NCBI GenBank assembly: GCA_046045965.1
Contig: JBJOKS010000024.1
Coordinates: 1-64,000 of the forward strand
Direction: 5' to 3'
DNA: 64,000 nt
Source: Cyanobacteriota bacterium
GTDB taxonomy: Bacteria; Cyanobacteriota; Cyanobacteriia; Cyanobacteriales; Nostocaceae
Shown here: positions 29,088 through 39,339 of the stretch, one piece after another
Position numbering within the stretch: the first letter of the stretch is position 1
Layout: the number at the start of each line of letters is the position of its first letter
Notes under the pieces: generated by a model
Told to the model about the DNA's origin: nothing
Seen by the model: only the letters and a program-made list of their open reading frames with translations
The model's database searches: none
Made by a program: the position numbers and the translations under genes

Positions 29088-29963
29088 TTATTTCTGAATA
29101 GCTTCTATAACTAATGATAGTAAGTCTGCTTTTCTAGCATATAAATAGGTAGCATCAACTAGGTTAAAATTTTCTTCTAGAGCAACACCATGAGGTGCTA
29201 TTGCAGAACTAAATATAGTCTCATCCGCAGGGGTTAAATCACTGACAACCATGTAATATTTCCAGCTTTGGTTTAATATATAACTCATTGCTTTAATCAT
29301 AGCTGCTTCAAATAAAGGCTGATAGCGACGATCTGGACGGTTTGAAGTTTTTAGAGAAACTGCTGCTTTAATATCTTCTATATGTAATTTTCCTTTTAAA
29401 AATTTATATAGACATAAACTATCTGGATCTTTCGCTTGTTCCTGTAAAAGTAAATTGACTAATTCTGAATATGGAGAATTTTCAAGAACTATAATAATAT
29501 AGTCTGGGCTTGGCATAAAAATTTTATCTTTAAATGGTTCTATTTTTGCCAAGGCATTATTTATATCAAAAAAATCCTCTTGATCAAAAAGATTTAAAAA
29601 ACTGGAATATACTTCCTGTGATCCTTCTATTTGAAACTTTGAATTTGGAATAGCGAATGCAGCTATACATTTCCTGGTTTGTATACTAATGTCAACTACT
29701 ATTTCAGATAACAAAGTAGTTGCCATATACTCATTCCATGCTCCTACAGCCTTGTTTAGAGCGCCTACTTCGGGATTTTTTGAATACTTCTTTCTAAAAG
29801 CCTGGATTATTTCATTTTTTATCCAGTCTAAAATTTCACTAACCGATAAGTTTTGTGCTAGTTTTATCACGATCTCAGAAGATAAATTTCTGTATATAAC
29901 GCTACTATTGATGCGAAATTTACCACTCGGTGTTTCTGTAAACCATTCAGTATTATTGAGCAT
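29088..29963 (-). CDS. Cfr10I/Bse634I-family type II restriction endonuclease (RCCGGY-like specificity predicted)
   Basis: SPDY catalytic PD and SLKTSNRPDRRYQPLFE (K-x3-R-x-D-R-x5-E CCGG-family motif). 291 aa; convergent with the C5-MTase. Confidence 0.85.
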   Translation of the reverse strand: MLNNTEWFTETPSGKFRINSSVIYRNLSSEIVIKLAQNLSVSEILDWIKNEIIQAFRKKYSKNPEVGALNKAVGAWNEYMATTLLSEIVVDISIQTRKCIAAFAIPNSKFQIEGSQEVYSSFLNLFDQEDFFDINNALAKIEPFKDKIFMPSPDYIIIVLENSPYSELVNLLLQEQAKDPDSLCLYKFLKGKLHIEDIKAAVSLKTSNRPDRRYQPLFEAAMIKAMSYILNQSWKYYMVVSDLTPADETIFSSAIAPHGVALEENFNLVDATYLYARKADLLSLVIEAIQK

Positions 29964-30207
29964 GGTCTTCTATTATTGTGTCAGGCTATGTCAGATGAAA
30001 ATTACTGATAATCACATCTCATTTTCCTAACTTAAATATCCCAATGTCAAGTCTAATACTGAAATATATTGAAATTACTTAAAATTTTGCATACTACATT
30101 AAGTTCAACCCTGTTTTCAGGATAAACTCATAATATATATGATTTAATAGATAAGAAATGTTTTATTTTTTCATAAACTTTAATAATCTTACTGGTAAAA
30201 TATAAAG

Positions 30208-30888
30208 ATGGCAGCAGACTATCCAAACATTGATATTGCGCCATTTATCGACCATTCCCTGCTCTTACCAACTACCACTCCAGAGCAGATTGAACAATGG
30301 TGTGATGAAGCATACAGATTTAACTTTGCAACGGTTTGTGTGCATCCCTGCTATGTCAAGCAAGCTGTTGAACTCCTCCACAACAAAAACCCCAAGGTCT
30401 GTACTGTTATTGGTTTTCCCACTGGTGGGACGACTGCAAGCGTTAAGTTATACGAAGCTCAAGAAGCATTGGAAAATGGTGCTTCAGAGTTAGATGTAAT
30501 GATTAACTTAGGTTGGTTAAAAGCTGGAAAAACAGAAGAAGTTCACCGGGAAATTGCTACAATTTGTGAAGCAGCTGGGCAATGTGTCAAGGTGATTTTA
30601 GAAACTAGTTTACTCACTGATGCGGAAAAAAAACTCGCAGCCGAACTAGCGATGGATGCGGGTGCTGCATTCTTAAAAACCAGTACAGGTTGGAATGGTG
30701 GCGCAACTGTGGCGGATGTGAGCTTATTAAAAGAAATAGCACGGGAAAGGGTGGGAATCAAAGCATCAGGAGGGATACGCACCCACAATGAAGCCTTAGA
30801 TTTAATCATGGCTGGTGCTACTAGGTTAGGAACATCGCGCGGTATAGAATTGCTCCGTCAACGCAATAACCCGGAAAAACCTGAATAG
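30208..30888 (+). CDS. deoC: Deoxyribose-phosphate aldolase
   Basis: [40 protein letters not shown]. Confidence 0.96.
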   Translation: MAADYPNIDIAPFIDHSLLLPTTTPEQIEQWCDEAYRFNFATVCVHPCYVKQAVELLHNKNPKVCTVIGFPTGGTTASVKLYEAQEALENGASELDVMINLGWLKAGKTEEVHREIATICEAAGQCVKVILETSLLTDAEKKLAAELAMDAGAAFLKTSTGWNGGATVADVSLLKEIARERVGIKASGGIRTHNEALDLIMAGATRLGTSRGIELLRQRNNPEKPE

Positions 30889-30977
30889 TCATTTGTCATT
30901 TGTTTGGTGTCAGTTGTTTTGTCACTGACCATTGACTAAATAACTGATGACTAATAACTAATGACTAATAACTAATG
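30886..30977. repeat. STRR heptamer arrays in inverted arrangement
   Basis: TAGTCAT/TTGTCAT units followed by ATGACTA/ATAACTA units. Confidence 0.75.
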
Positions 30978-31892
30978 AGTAGAACTTACAAAGCAACTGG
31001 CATTAATCTTAAAACCCAACCCTTGGGAGAGTCAGACAAGATAGTGACAATTTTAACTCATGAATTCGGTTTGATTCGGGCGATCGCTCCTGGAGCGCGT
31101 AAACATAACTCCAGCTTGGGTGGTAGAAGCGGAATGTTTGTAGTTAATGAATTACTCATTTCCCAAGGCCGATCCTCACAGCCAGCTACACCAACCCTCT
31201 ATAGAATTACTCAAGCTGAAACTATAAGAACTTATCCAGGTCTAACTAAAGACTTAGGAAAATTAGCTGCTAGTCAATATTTAGCGGAAATAGTCCTATG
31301 TCAAGCTTTAAGCGAACATCCCCAAGAAGAACTTTATGAGTTACTCAATGAACATCTTCAGCGTTTAGAAGCCTTACCCAAAAGTCACGGACATGGTGTG
31401 GTCGCACATTTGGCGCAAGGAGTGTTTCACCTTTTAGCTTTAGCAGGACTAACCCCACAAGTCCAACTTTGTTGCTTAACCCAGCGTCCCCTAACTCCAG
31501 ACCTCACAAACCCCAACTGGCAAGTAGGGTTTAGCATTCATACGGGGGGAACCATTTGCTTACAAGCGTGGGAACAGTTAAAAAAAGCAAGGGAAAAACA
31601 AAAAAAGGCAGAAAATTCTGCCGACAACAATACCCCAAAAACAGCCTATCAAACAGTTTTCCATCACCAAGACCTCCCAAAAATTTCCCATCGTCTTGGT
31701 GCAAAAGAATTGGTGATGCTCCAACATTTGTCCCAACCAGGGATAATGCAAATAGATGCAGCCTCAGATGATGGCTGGTTATCTGTTGAGCAGATTTTGC
31801 GCCAGTACACCCAGTACCACCTTGGTCGCCCTATTCGCTCTGCTACATTGATTGATTCTTATTTTGCCCCCAACCATGATGCAATCGTCTGA
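30975..31892 (+). CDS. recO: DNA repair protein RecO
   Basis: [25 protein letters not shown], characteristic of the RecO OB-fold N-terminus. Confidence 0.92.
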   Translation: MSRTYKATGINLKTQPLGESDKIVTILTHEFGLIRAIAPGARKHNSSLGGRSGMFVVNELLISQGRSSQPATPTLYRITQAETIRTYPGLTKDLGKLAASQYLAEIVLCQALSEHPQEELYELLNEHLQRLEALPKSHGHGVVAHLAQGVFHLLALAGLTPQVQLCCLTQRPLTPDLTNPNWQVGFSIHTGGTICLQAWEQLKKAREKQKKAENSADNNTPKTAYQTVFHHQDLPKISHRLGAKELVMLQHLSQPGIMQIDAASDDGWLSVEQILRQYTQYHLGRPIRSATLIDSYFAPNHDAIV

Positions 31893-33513
31893 TTTGGATA
31901 GAAAAAACCAGCCTTTATCACCTAGCCAAGCTAAAAATAATAGGGTCTCAGAAACTAAAACACAGAATCATTTAAGTTCTGTTTCCCCTCTGAAGCCTAG
32001 TCAAATTAATCACCCCGAAATGTCTCTCCAAGATGTTTCCGATGAGAAAAATAGGACCAGGGAAATTCCCTCAACTGATATGCCTCAAAAATCAGAACCA
32101 CATTCTGAAATCTCTGTAAAAATTAATGAGACAAATGGCAAAGGTAATCCTACTCAGGAGAGTTTACAAGTAGAAACAGAAACATCACAATTAAATGGTT
32201 CTGGTTCAGGTGGGAAAACCATATCAGCTGATGTGGGAAAACCAGGGTTTTTTCCTGTCTTAAAAAATCCGAATTTCCTAGCTCTTTGGGGTGGTCAGGT
32301 TTTTTGTCAACTCGCTGATAAAGTATATCTGGTATTAATGATTGCTCTGATTAACAGCGAATTTCAACAGAGTGATCAAAGCATCAGTGGTTGGGTATCG
32401 GCATTAATGATGACTTTTACCATTCCAGCAGTGCTGTTTGGTTCGGTGGCTGGTGTGTTTGTAGATCGCTGGTCAAAAAAAGCTGTGCTGGTGGCATCGA
32501 ATATTTGGCGCGGTATTCTAGTTTTAGCAATTCCTTTGTTACTTTGGTTAACCCATGATTGGCAACCTGTGGGAGTTTTGCCGGTGGGTTTTCTGATGAT
32601 TTTGGCGGTGACTTTTTTAGTTTCCACATTGACACAGTTTTTTGCACCAGCGGAACAGTCAGCTATTCCTTTGGTGGTAGAAGAAAAACATTTACTTTCC
32701 GCTAATTCCCTGTACACAACTACGATGATGGCATCCCTAATTATTGGTTTTGCTGTCGGAGAACCAGTTCTAGTATTAGCCGATGGAATTTGGGCAAAAT
32801 TTGGCGGTACTGGGGGACTGGGGAAAGAAATTTTGGTAGGTGGTAGTTATGCGATCGCTGGCATTATTTTATTACTACTCAAAACAAACGAAAAACCCCA
32901 CCCCCCAGAAACAGAATTCCCTCACGTTTTTTCTGACCTCCGCGACGGTTTACGTTACCTCCAAGAAAATCATCGCGTCCGTAATGCTTTATTACAACTC
33001 GTGATCTTATTTTCTGTCTTTGCAGCTTTAACTGTTCTTGCAGTTCGCATGGCAGAAGTTATCCCCAATTTGAAAGCATCCCAATTTGGCTTTTTACTCG
33101 CATCCGGGGGTGTTGGTATCGCTGTTGGAGCAACAATTCTCGGTCAATTTGGTCAACGTTTTTCCTATCGGCAACTTAGCTTTTGGGGTTGTCTGGGTAT
33201 GGCAGCATCTTTAATTGGTCTTTCCATCTTCACAACTCAGCTATGGCCAGTGCTGCTGTTTTTAAGTTTATTAGGTGTATTTGGGGCTTTGGTGGGTATC
33301 CCTATGCAAACCGCTATCCAAACAGAAACACCCCCAGAAATGCGCGGTAAAGTATTTGGACTGCAAAATAATGTGATTAATATTGCCCTCTCCCTACCAC
33401 TGGCATTAGCAGGTGTAGCTGAAACCTTTCTTGGTTTACATTTAGTTTTTTTGGGATTGGCTGTTATGGTCTTTTTGGGAGGTATATTAACCTGGTATAA
33501 TTCCCGTGGCTAG
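31876..33513 (+). CDS. MFS transporter (H+ antiporter-3-like) with disordered N-terminal extension
   Basis: [36 protein letters not shown] at 31876 overlaps the recO 3' end. Confidence 0.88.
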   Translation: MMQSSDLDRKNQPLSPSQAKNNRVSETKTQNHLSSVSPLKPSQINHPEMSLQDVSDEKNRTREIPSTDMPQKSEPHSEISVKINETNGKGNPTQESLQVETETSQLNGSGSGGKTISADVGKPGFFPVLKNPNFLALWGGQVFCQLADKVYLVLMIALINSEFQQSDQSISGWVSALMMTFTIPAVLFGSVAGVFVDRWSKKAVLVASNIWRGILVLAIPLLLWLTHDWQPVGVLPVGFLMILAVTFLVSTLTQFFAPAEQSAIPLVVEEKHLLSANSLYTTTMMASLIIGFAVGEPVLVLADGIWAKFGGTGGLGKEILVGGSYAIAGIILLLLKTNEKPHPPETEFPHVFSDLRDGLRYLQENHRVRNALLQLVILFSVFAALTVLAVRMAEVIPNLKASQFGFLLASGGVGIAVGATILGQFGQRFSYRQLSFWGCLGMAASLIGLSIFTTQLWPVLLFLSLLGVFGALVGIPMQTAIQTETPPEMRGKVFGLQNNVINIALSLPLALAGVAETFLGLHLVFLGLAVMVFLGGILTWYNSRG

Positions 33514-33852
33514 TTATCAGGTTTGAGCTTATTAATCAGTTAATAAAACAATTGGTTTTTGTGCTAAAATTAATCCAGCTAAAATTCAGAAAATACTTGC
33601 CGATTATCACCAAACATGAGACTGATTAATTTGTAATCTTGTTGGTTAATTCACAACTAACAACAACTTACAAACAGCATAAATAAAACCATAACTTTAG
33701 TAAATTAATGGGGTATTATCTAGGCTTGATCATCAGGACATGGTAATTATCAATGGTGAAAAAAATCAGCAAGTATAACGGAATAAAAACAGCTAAGTTA
33801 AGTATAAAAACCAAATAATTTAAACCCGTTTTTCTTCACATCTAATTAAAGA

Positions 33853-35001
33853 ATGCGTATAGCCTGGATTGGAAAAAAATCACCTTTTTGCGGTAATGTC
33901 ACCTACAGTCGAGAAATAACCAACGGATTATTAGACAGGGGACATGATGTCAGTTTTCTCCACTTTGCTCAAGAGGAATCTGAACCAAATAACTGGCCTA
34001 ATTTTAAAGAAGTTTCCTTACCTTTTATTTATAAATCCCAAGTTTACACGCTTCCCGCTTTCAATGCCACTAAGGTTTTGAAAGATGCACTGCGAGAAAT
34101 TAAACCGGATGTAGTTCACGCTTCTTTGACTTTATCAACGCTGGATTTTGTTTTACCAGAAATTTGTCAAGAATTAAATTTGCCCCTAATTGCTACTTTC
34201 CACACTCCCTTTGCTGGGAAAGGAGCAAAATTAATCTCTGGTACGCAACTTTTGGCTTATCAGTTATATGCACCTTTTTTAGATCACTATGATCGCGTAA
34301 TTGTCTTTTCCCAAATTCAAAGAGAATTATTAGCGAAAATGGGAGTTAGGGAAGAAAAAATAGCCGTCATTCCTAACGGTGTTGATACTGTTAAATATTC
34401 CCCTGGTGTTTCTGATATCAAAAAAGAATTTAATGCAGAACGTTTGTTTGTTTATCAAGGTCGTCTTGCTCCCGAAAAAAATGTAGAATCTCTATTACGG
34501 GCTTGGAAACAATCAGAAATGAACGTTAATAGCAAGCTGTTGATAGTTGGTGATGGTCCGTTGAGAGCATCTTTAGAACCTTTTTATGGGTCTGAATCTG
34601 GTATTATCTGGTTAGGTTTTGTCGCTAGTGAAGAACGCCGCATAGAAATTTTACGGGGAGCAGATGTATTTATTTTACCTTCTTTAGTAGAGGGTTTATC
34701 GCTGTCGTTATTAGAAGCTATGTCTTGCGGTTTAGCTTGTTTAGCTACTGATGTCGGTGCAGATGGGGAAGTATTGGAACAAGGTGCTGGTGTAGTTATT
34801 AGCACCAGGTCTGTGCGATCGCAACTCAAAACCCTTTTACCTCTGTTTCAAGATCATCCAGAGTTAACTACCCTGTTAGGACAAAAAGCAAGAAAACGAG
34901 TTTTAGAACGCTATACTATAAATGATAATATTACTCGGTTGGAAGAACTTTATACTCAAGTTTTAGCACAGCGGCCTGTAACATTAGGTTGGGGTGTTTA
35001 A
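33853..35001 (+). CDS. dgdA: GT4 glycosyltransferase, probable digalactosyldiacylglycerol synthase
   Basis: MRIAWIGKKSPFCGNVTY N-terminus as I recall for cyanobacterial DgdA; EGLSLSLLEAM. Confidence 0.72.
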   Translation: MRIAWIGKKSPFCGNVTYSREITNGLLDRGHDVSFLHFAQEESEPNNWPNFKEVSLPFIYKSQVYTLPAFNATKVLKDALREIKPDVVHASLTLSTLDFVLPEICQELNLPLIATFHTPFAGKGAKLISGTQLLAYQLYAPFLDHYDRVIVFSQIQRELLAKMGVREEKIAVIPNGVDTVKYSPGVSDIKKEFNAERLFVYQGRLAPEKNVESLLRAWKQSEMNVNSKLLIVGDGPLRASLEPFYGSESGIIWLGFVASEERRIEILRGADVFILPSLVEGLSLSLLEAMSCGLACLATDVGADGEVLEQGAGVVISTRSVRSQLKTLLPLFQDHPELTTLLGQKARKRVLERYTINDNITRLEELYTQVLAQRPVTLGWGV

Positions 35002-35018
35002 GTTATAGGAGATATATC

Positions 35019-35054
35019 GTAGGTTGGGTTAAGCAACAGCATCACCCAACCTAC
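35019..35054. repeat. GTAG-type REP-like palindrome (left of Uma2)
   Basis: GTAGGTTGGGTT-AAGCAACAGCATC-ACCCAACCTAC. Confidence 0.8.
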
Positions 35055-35065
35055 ATTAATAAATT

Positions 35066-35788
35066 TTAAATTGTCTCAGGATCAATATTTAATTCTCTCA
35101 ATTTTGCAGCTAAACGCGCTGATTTTTGAGCTTCTGCTTTTCTTGCTTCTGCTTCTTTTTCTGCTCTTTTAGCTTCTAGTTCTGCGCTTTCTTCAGGTGT
35201 AGGAACTAAATTTCCTTCTGCTGTGAAATACCGCAATAAACCATCATGAATTCCTAAATATAAACCTAACTGATGACTCCAAAGATGTCCTTTTTCATTT
35301 GCTGTCAAAGGTTGATATTCTCCATCTAATAAATGAAAACCTGCAAATTCTAAAGTATAAGGATCAAACCAAAAATAATCCGGTGTACGGAAAGTATTTT
35401 GATAAAGTTCTTTTTTAAATTCTTTATCTGTATTTGCTGTAGTTGGTGAGAGAATTTCTAAAATGAAATTGGGATATTTACCATCTTCTTCCCAAACTAC
35501 CCAACTTTTACGGGTTTTGCGTTCAGTTCCTGAGACAACAAAGAAATCTGGACCACGGAAATATTCTGATTTTTTCTGATTGGGACTATAGTAAATAGTC
35601 AGATTTCCAGCAGCATAGAAATCATTTCTACCTTTCCACAACCATTCCAGACATTTGAAAAGTAGGATTATTTGTCTGAGATGCAGTTCTGTTTCCACGG
35701 GAGGTTCATCACTATATAAATCACCAGGGGGAAAAATCACATCTTGGGAGATGTTTTCCTGTATTTCTTTTTCTTGTGCAATGATCAT
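35066..35788 (-). CDS. Uma2 (DUF820) family PD-(D/E)XK endonuclease-like protein
   Basis: SDEPP.ET.LH, GPDFFVV, ILEILSPTT, YFWFDP; C-terminal coiled coil. Confidence 0.9.
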   Translation of the reverse strand: MIIAQEKEIQENISQDVIFPPGDLYSDEPPVETELHLRQIILLFKCLEWLWKGRNDFYAAGNLTIYYSPNQKKSEYFRGPDFFVVSGTERKTRKSWVVWEEDGKYPNFILEILSPTTANTDKEFKKELYQNTFRTPDYFWFDPYTLEFAGFHLLDGEYQPLTANEKGHLWSHQLGLYLGIHDGLLRYFTAEGNLVPTPEESAELEAKRAEKEAEARKAEAQKSARLAAKLRELNIDPETI

Positions 35789-35841
35789 AATTTTGATATA
35801 GCATCAAGTTGTAATTGTTTGATTATAACATTTATTTGCAT

Positions 35842-36099
35842 TTGTCTGAATCAGGATGTCCAGGATTTAAGGATGTTCAGGATTAATACCAAAAAAATAA
35901 CCAGGTTTTAATCATCAGATTATGTTGATTTTTATCTGACTTGACTAAATTTTAAAATATCTAAATTATGTTTTTTGATTTATAACAAAAATTAAGTTTG
36001 ATTTAATTATGATAATTTCAAAAATTAACTCCTCAAAATAATTAACTGAAAAAACACATCCTGAACATCCTTAAATCCTGGATATCCTGATGCTGACAA
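35842..36099. mobile_element. MITE-like element with 42-bp inverted arms built from 9-bp AGGAT-containing units
   Basis: Left arm TTGTCTGAATCAGGATGTCCAGGATTTAAGGATGTTCAGGAT (35842-35883). The right arm (36058-36099) is its reverse complement with 3 mismatches. The interior is AT-rich and non-coding. Confidence 0.8.
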
Positions 36100-36104
36100 T
36101 AAAA

Positions 36105-36136
36105 GTTGGGTTGCGCTGTTGCTTAACCCAACCTAC
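36105..36136. repeat. GTAG-type REP-like palindrome, inverted copy of 35019-35054
   Basis: Its reverse complement begins GTAGGTTGGGTTAAGCAACAGC, 22 bp identical to 35019-35040. Confidence 0.8.
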
Positions 36137-36139
36137 TTT

Positions 36140-37372
36140 CTATCTTCCGTTAGGACGCTGAATAATTGTTTCTACAACCCGACGTTTTGCTTGCGGATCA
36201 ACACCTACTAAACGTACATACTCACCACTATATTCACCTAAACAAGATTCCAAAGTTGAGATCGCATCAGACTCACCATCTATCTGTAAATTACCGCAAC
36301 TTTGCCATGAACCTGTACGAAAACGTCTTTCATCAACGTGTTCTATTCCAATCTTATAACCTTGGGATAAAATCTGGCGAATTTGTGATTGTGTCTCTAA
36401 ACTTAAATGACTTTTATTTGTAGTTTGGCTAATTTCAGGTTGACTAATTGGAGTTTCCAAAACCGGAGATTTAGATTGATAACCCCTACCCCGATTCAGT
36501 CTATTATATTCATCAACTAAATGAGAAGTTTCCACCCGTTTTTGTTCACCCACCATAAAATTACCAGCTTCAATTAAATGGGATAAACTGAAATCAGGCT
36601 TTTTAAATTCTGGTGGTGCTTCTGCACTATTTACCACCCGCATAGATATTTTTTCAAACCCTACTTTATAAATAAATTCGCGGATTTGTTCATCATAAAT
36701 TCGAGAACGCACAGCACTAAAAAAGTCAACCGATTGATGAGCAAAAGTATCTACAAACTGTTCAATTTCCCGTTGTGAAAGTCCATCTTCAGCAAAAATT
36801 CCCCCCACAATTCCTACCTTATCATCGCGGTTGGGGTCCCAGTAAAATTTCTCCATTCTTCCATCTCTAATTAATGGTGCGTAAAGAGTAGAAAAATCAT
36901 TACCTGTAACAATTATTGGTACACGACGAATAGGGTTTGAATCATAACTTCCTGGTAATTGTACATCAGTGGGATTATCAGCAATATTCATCAATGTTGC
37001 ATTTACCAATTGGGTATTAACTGTATATTGAGTTCCTTCGTCAAAGCGTCCCGCACCAGCATCCAAATCATTAATCATCAGGACGCACATTTTACCGCGC
37101 ACTTTCACTAATTCTGCTGTTTCACGATAACGGAGACGAATTAACCGCGCTGGATCTCCCGCATCTGGACTTTCTAATTCTCCTCCAGATATCAGCGTTG
37201 TCTCTATCCCCATTTTTTCAAACGCTAACTCACATTGAAAAGATTTACCCTCTCCTTTGCGTCCATGAATACCTAAAATTAAGGGAACTCGGATACCAGG
37301 AATATTTAAAAAGTTCTTGGTGATGTGAACAGCAAGTTTATCAAGAAACCGAGGGGAGATGTAGTAACCCAT
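36140..37372 (-). CDS. rca: Rubisco activase (AAA+ domain plus C-terminal RbcS-like domain)
   Basis: GIHGRKGEGKS, INDLDAGAGR, VTGNDFSTLYAPLIRDGRMEK; C-terminal EHVDERRFRTGSW...GEYVRLVGVD small-subunit-like domain. Confidence 0.96.
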   Translation of the reverse strand: MGYYISPRFLDKLAVHITKNFLNIPGIRVPLILGIHGRKGEGKSFQCELAFEKMGIETTLISGGELESPDAGDPARLIRLRYRETAELVKVRGKMCVLMINDLDAGAGRFDEGTQYTVNTQLVNATLMNIADNPTDVQLPGSYDSNPIRRVPIIVTGNDFSTLYAPLIRDGRMEKFYWDPNRDDKVGIVGGIFAEDGLSQREIEQFVDTFAHQSVDFFSAVRSRIYDEQIREFIYKVGFEKISMRVVNSAEAPPEFKKPDFSLSHLIEAGNFMVGEQKRVETSHLVDEYNRLNRGRGYQSKSPVLETPISQPEISQTTNKSHLSLETQSQIRQILSQGYKIGIEHVDERRFRTGSWQSCGNLQIDGESDAISTLESCLGEYSGEYVRLVGVDPQAKRRVVETIIQRPNGR

Positions 37373-37569
37373 AAATTTATCACTATTTATCGCTATGTTT
37401 GACCTATTAAGATTATGTTAATTTTTTTTGGTGACAATGTGATATTTTTTTGATTTTCCGTTCCAGATGCAGAAAACAGGGCGAATACCCTATAATATAT
37501 TTACTTTATTATGCAATCTCAATAATTTTCGCTCTCATCTAGTAGAAAATCAATCTACAGAATCAGAAA

Positions 37570-38013
37570 ATGACTACCATCATTGACATCAAGCAATTAT
37601 ATGAATGCAATTACCTGGAATGGTTAGAGGAGACTATTAAATGTCTCCAGTCTCAGCAATTATCAGATATTGACTATGAAAATTTAATAGCAGAGTTAGA
37701 AGAGTTGGCCAAGAACGAAAAAAGAAGAGTAAGAAGTCTGCTGGAACAGATTATTAGACATTTATTGCTTTATCAATATTGGGATTTAGAAAAATCTAGA
37801 AATGCCAATCATTGGGCAGCAGAAATTATTAGTTTTCGTAATCAAATAAATGAAGATTTAACTGCTAATTTACGCAATCATTTGGATGAGAATTTTAGCT
37901 TAATTTATAGTAATGCTTTAGATTATGTCAAAGCTAAAACAAATCTCACTACTTTACCTGAATTATGTCCTTATACATTAGTTCAAGTTTTGGATAAAAA
38001 CTGGTTGCCTTAA
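37570..38013 (+). CDS. DUF29 family protein
   Basis: LYE..YLEWL, DYENLIAELEEL, HLLLYQYW, PELCPYT. Confidence 0.9.
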   Translation: MTTIIDIKQLYECNYLEWLEETIKCLQSQQLSDIDYENLIAELEELAKNEKRRVRSLLEQIIRHLLLYQYWDLEKSRNANHWAAEIISFRNQINEDLTANLRNHLDENFSLIYSNALDYVKAKTNLTTLPELCPYTLVQVLDKNWLP

Positions 38014-38777
38014 TTTTCCACCACCGTCCATCCCAAACTCGTAGACTGTTTATAAACCTTCTTCAAGGTATTCACATCTCTAGTAGAAATAGTGGGAGGT
38101 TTACGAACTTGAGCAAAATAAAGTGCATCAGTTTGTAATGAACTATGACCCCAAATTCCTAAAGCGTGGCCGAGTTCATGACGTGCTGCTGCTTGTAAAT
38201 ATTCCCCTGTTTGACTAGGACTTAACAGAATAGTAAACCGGTGAAATAAGATATTGTTCTGATGCTTTTGATTGTATAATTCGTAGGTTGTTAATGCAGA
38301 ACGCGCACGAGGAATTTTACTACCAGGTTCAATTTGTAAAGGTGGAGATTTTCGGAGAATTGTAATATCTGCCATTTCTGAATTTTCAACTACCTGCAAA
38401 GGTAAATAAATATTCCATTCCTGTACAGTTTGTAAAACATTATTAACCCATACTTGCGATTGTTTTTCACTTATTCCCGTGGGTGTTTCTATCTTCACTT
38501 TGACTGGAAAACTTGACCAAATTAAATAACCAACTTTAGTAGGTTTAATGTTATCGAAATAATCTCCACTGTTGGTTTTATCCTGCCACTTTTCCAAAGT
38601 AGGTGGTAATGGATGGGGTTTTTGTTGATAGGAATTCTGGGTAATAGCGTTAGTTTGGAAATTAGTTAAAATAACTAACAGTCCTGTACTTATGAATAAA
38701 GTCAGAACTGTTAATAATCTCCGCCAAAATAATTTATTTTGGATTTTATATATTGGCTTTTGGGTGATGTTCCCCAT
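38010..38777 (-). CDS. Secreted zinc metallopeptidase (matrixin-like)
   Basis: HELGHALGIWGH zinc motif; N-terminal hydrophobic segment. Confidence 0.85.
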   Translation of the reverse strand: MGNITQKPIYKIQNKLFWRRLLTVLTLFISTGLLVILTNFQTNAITQNSYQQKPHPLPPTLEKWQDKTNSGDYFDNIKPTKVGYLIWSSFPVKVKIETPTGISEKQSQVWVNNVLQTVQEWNIYLPLQVVENSEMADITILRKSPPLQIEPGSKIPRARSALTTYELYNQKHQNNILFHRFTILLSPSQTGEYLQAAARHELGHALGIWGHSSLQTDALYFAQVRKPPTISTRDVNTLKKVYKQSTSLGWTVVEN

Positions 38778-38783
38778 TTTTAC

Positions 38784-39017
38784 TTATTTAGGTAGCCAAT
38801 TAGCACTTAAAACCACTGTTAAACCGAGGAAAATTACTACTAGCGCCCAAGTAACACGATTTAATGTGTTTTCTGCGCTTTTGGTGCTGCTAAAAAGTTG
38901 AGCTTGTCCACCAATAGCACCGATACCATCACCTTTAGGGCTATGTAATAAAACCAGTACAATTAAACCTAAAGCCGAGAACGCCCAAATTCCTTGTACG
39001 ATGCTAGTAACTGTCAT
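38784..39017 (-). CDS. secG: Preprotein translocase subunit SecG
   Basis: LVLLHSPKGDGIGAIGGQAQLFSS...LNRVTW. Confidence 0.95.
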   Translation of the reverse strand: MTVTSIVQGIWAFSALGLIVLVLLHSPKGDGIGAIGGQAQLFSSTKSAENTLNRVTWALVVIFLGLTVVLSANWLPK

Positions 39018-39140
39018 ACGCTATTAAAAATTCCTAAAGATGTGACTGAATATAATTTAAAGTAGCACGCCGATTAAAAATTTGTTAATCCCAATTTTAT
39101 CTAAAGCTGTACAGAATCATCAAATCCATGAATTCATCTC

Positions 39141-39175
39141 TATTTATCTGCGTTCATCTGCGTTCATCTGCGTTT
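39141..39175. repeat. 10-bp tandem repeat
   Basis: (ATCTGCGTTC)x~3. Confidence 0.8.
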
Positions 39176-39196
39176 AATTTATATTTAGATATTATT

Positions 39197-39332
39197 TGCA
39201 GCGAAGAAAATATGGCTTACGCCACGCTGCGCTATCGCTACTACACAAACAAATTTCACCTGCGTGGACTTGATAAAAAAAACCTGCGAAGGCAGGTTTC
39301 GTCTGTGTAGCCGCGATTTATCATCGCTGGAA
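39197..39332. mobile_element. Nested short elements: multi-hairpin repeat carrying an SDR-like insert
   Basis: CTACACAAAC (39241) pairs with GTCTGTGTAG (39301); AAACCTGC-GAAG-GCAGGTTT hairpin; GC-rich insert ATGGCTTACGCCACGCTGCGCTATCGC at 39212-39238. Confidence 0.6.
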
Positions 39333-39339
39333 GGTTGTT

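Noticed and set aside
29689..30030. 113-aa ORF antisense to the endonuclease as a controller (C) protein
   Set aside because: No HTH pattern; it is a shadow of the REase frame.
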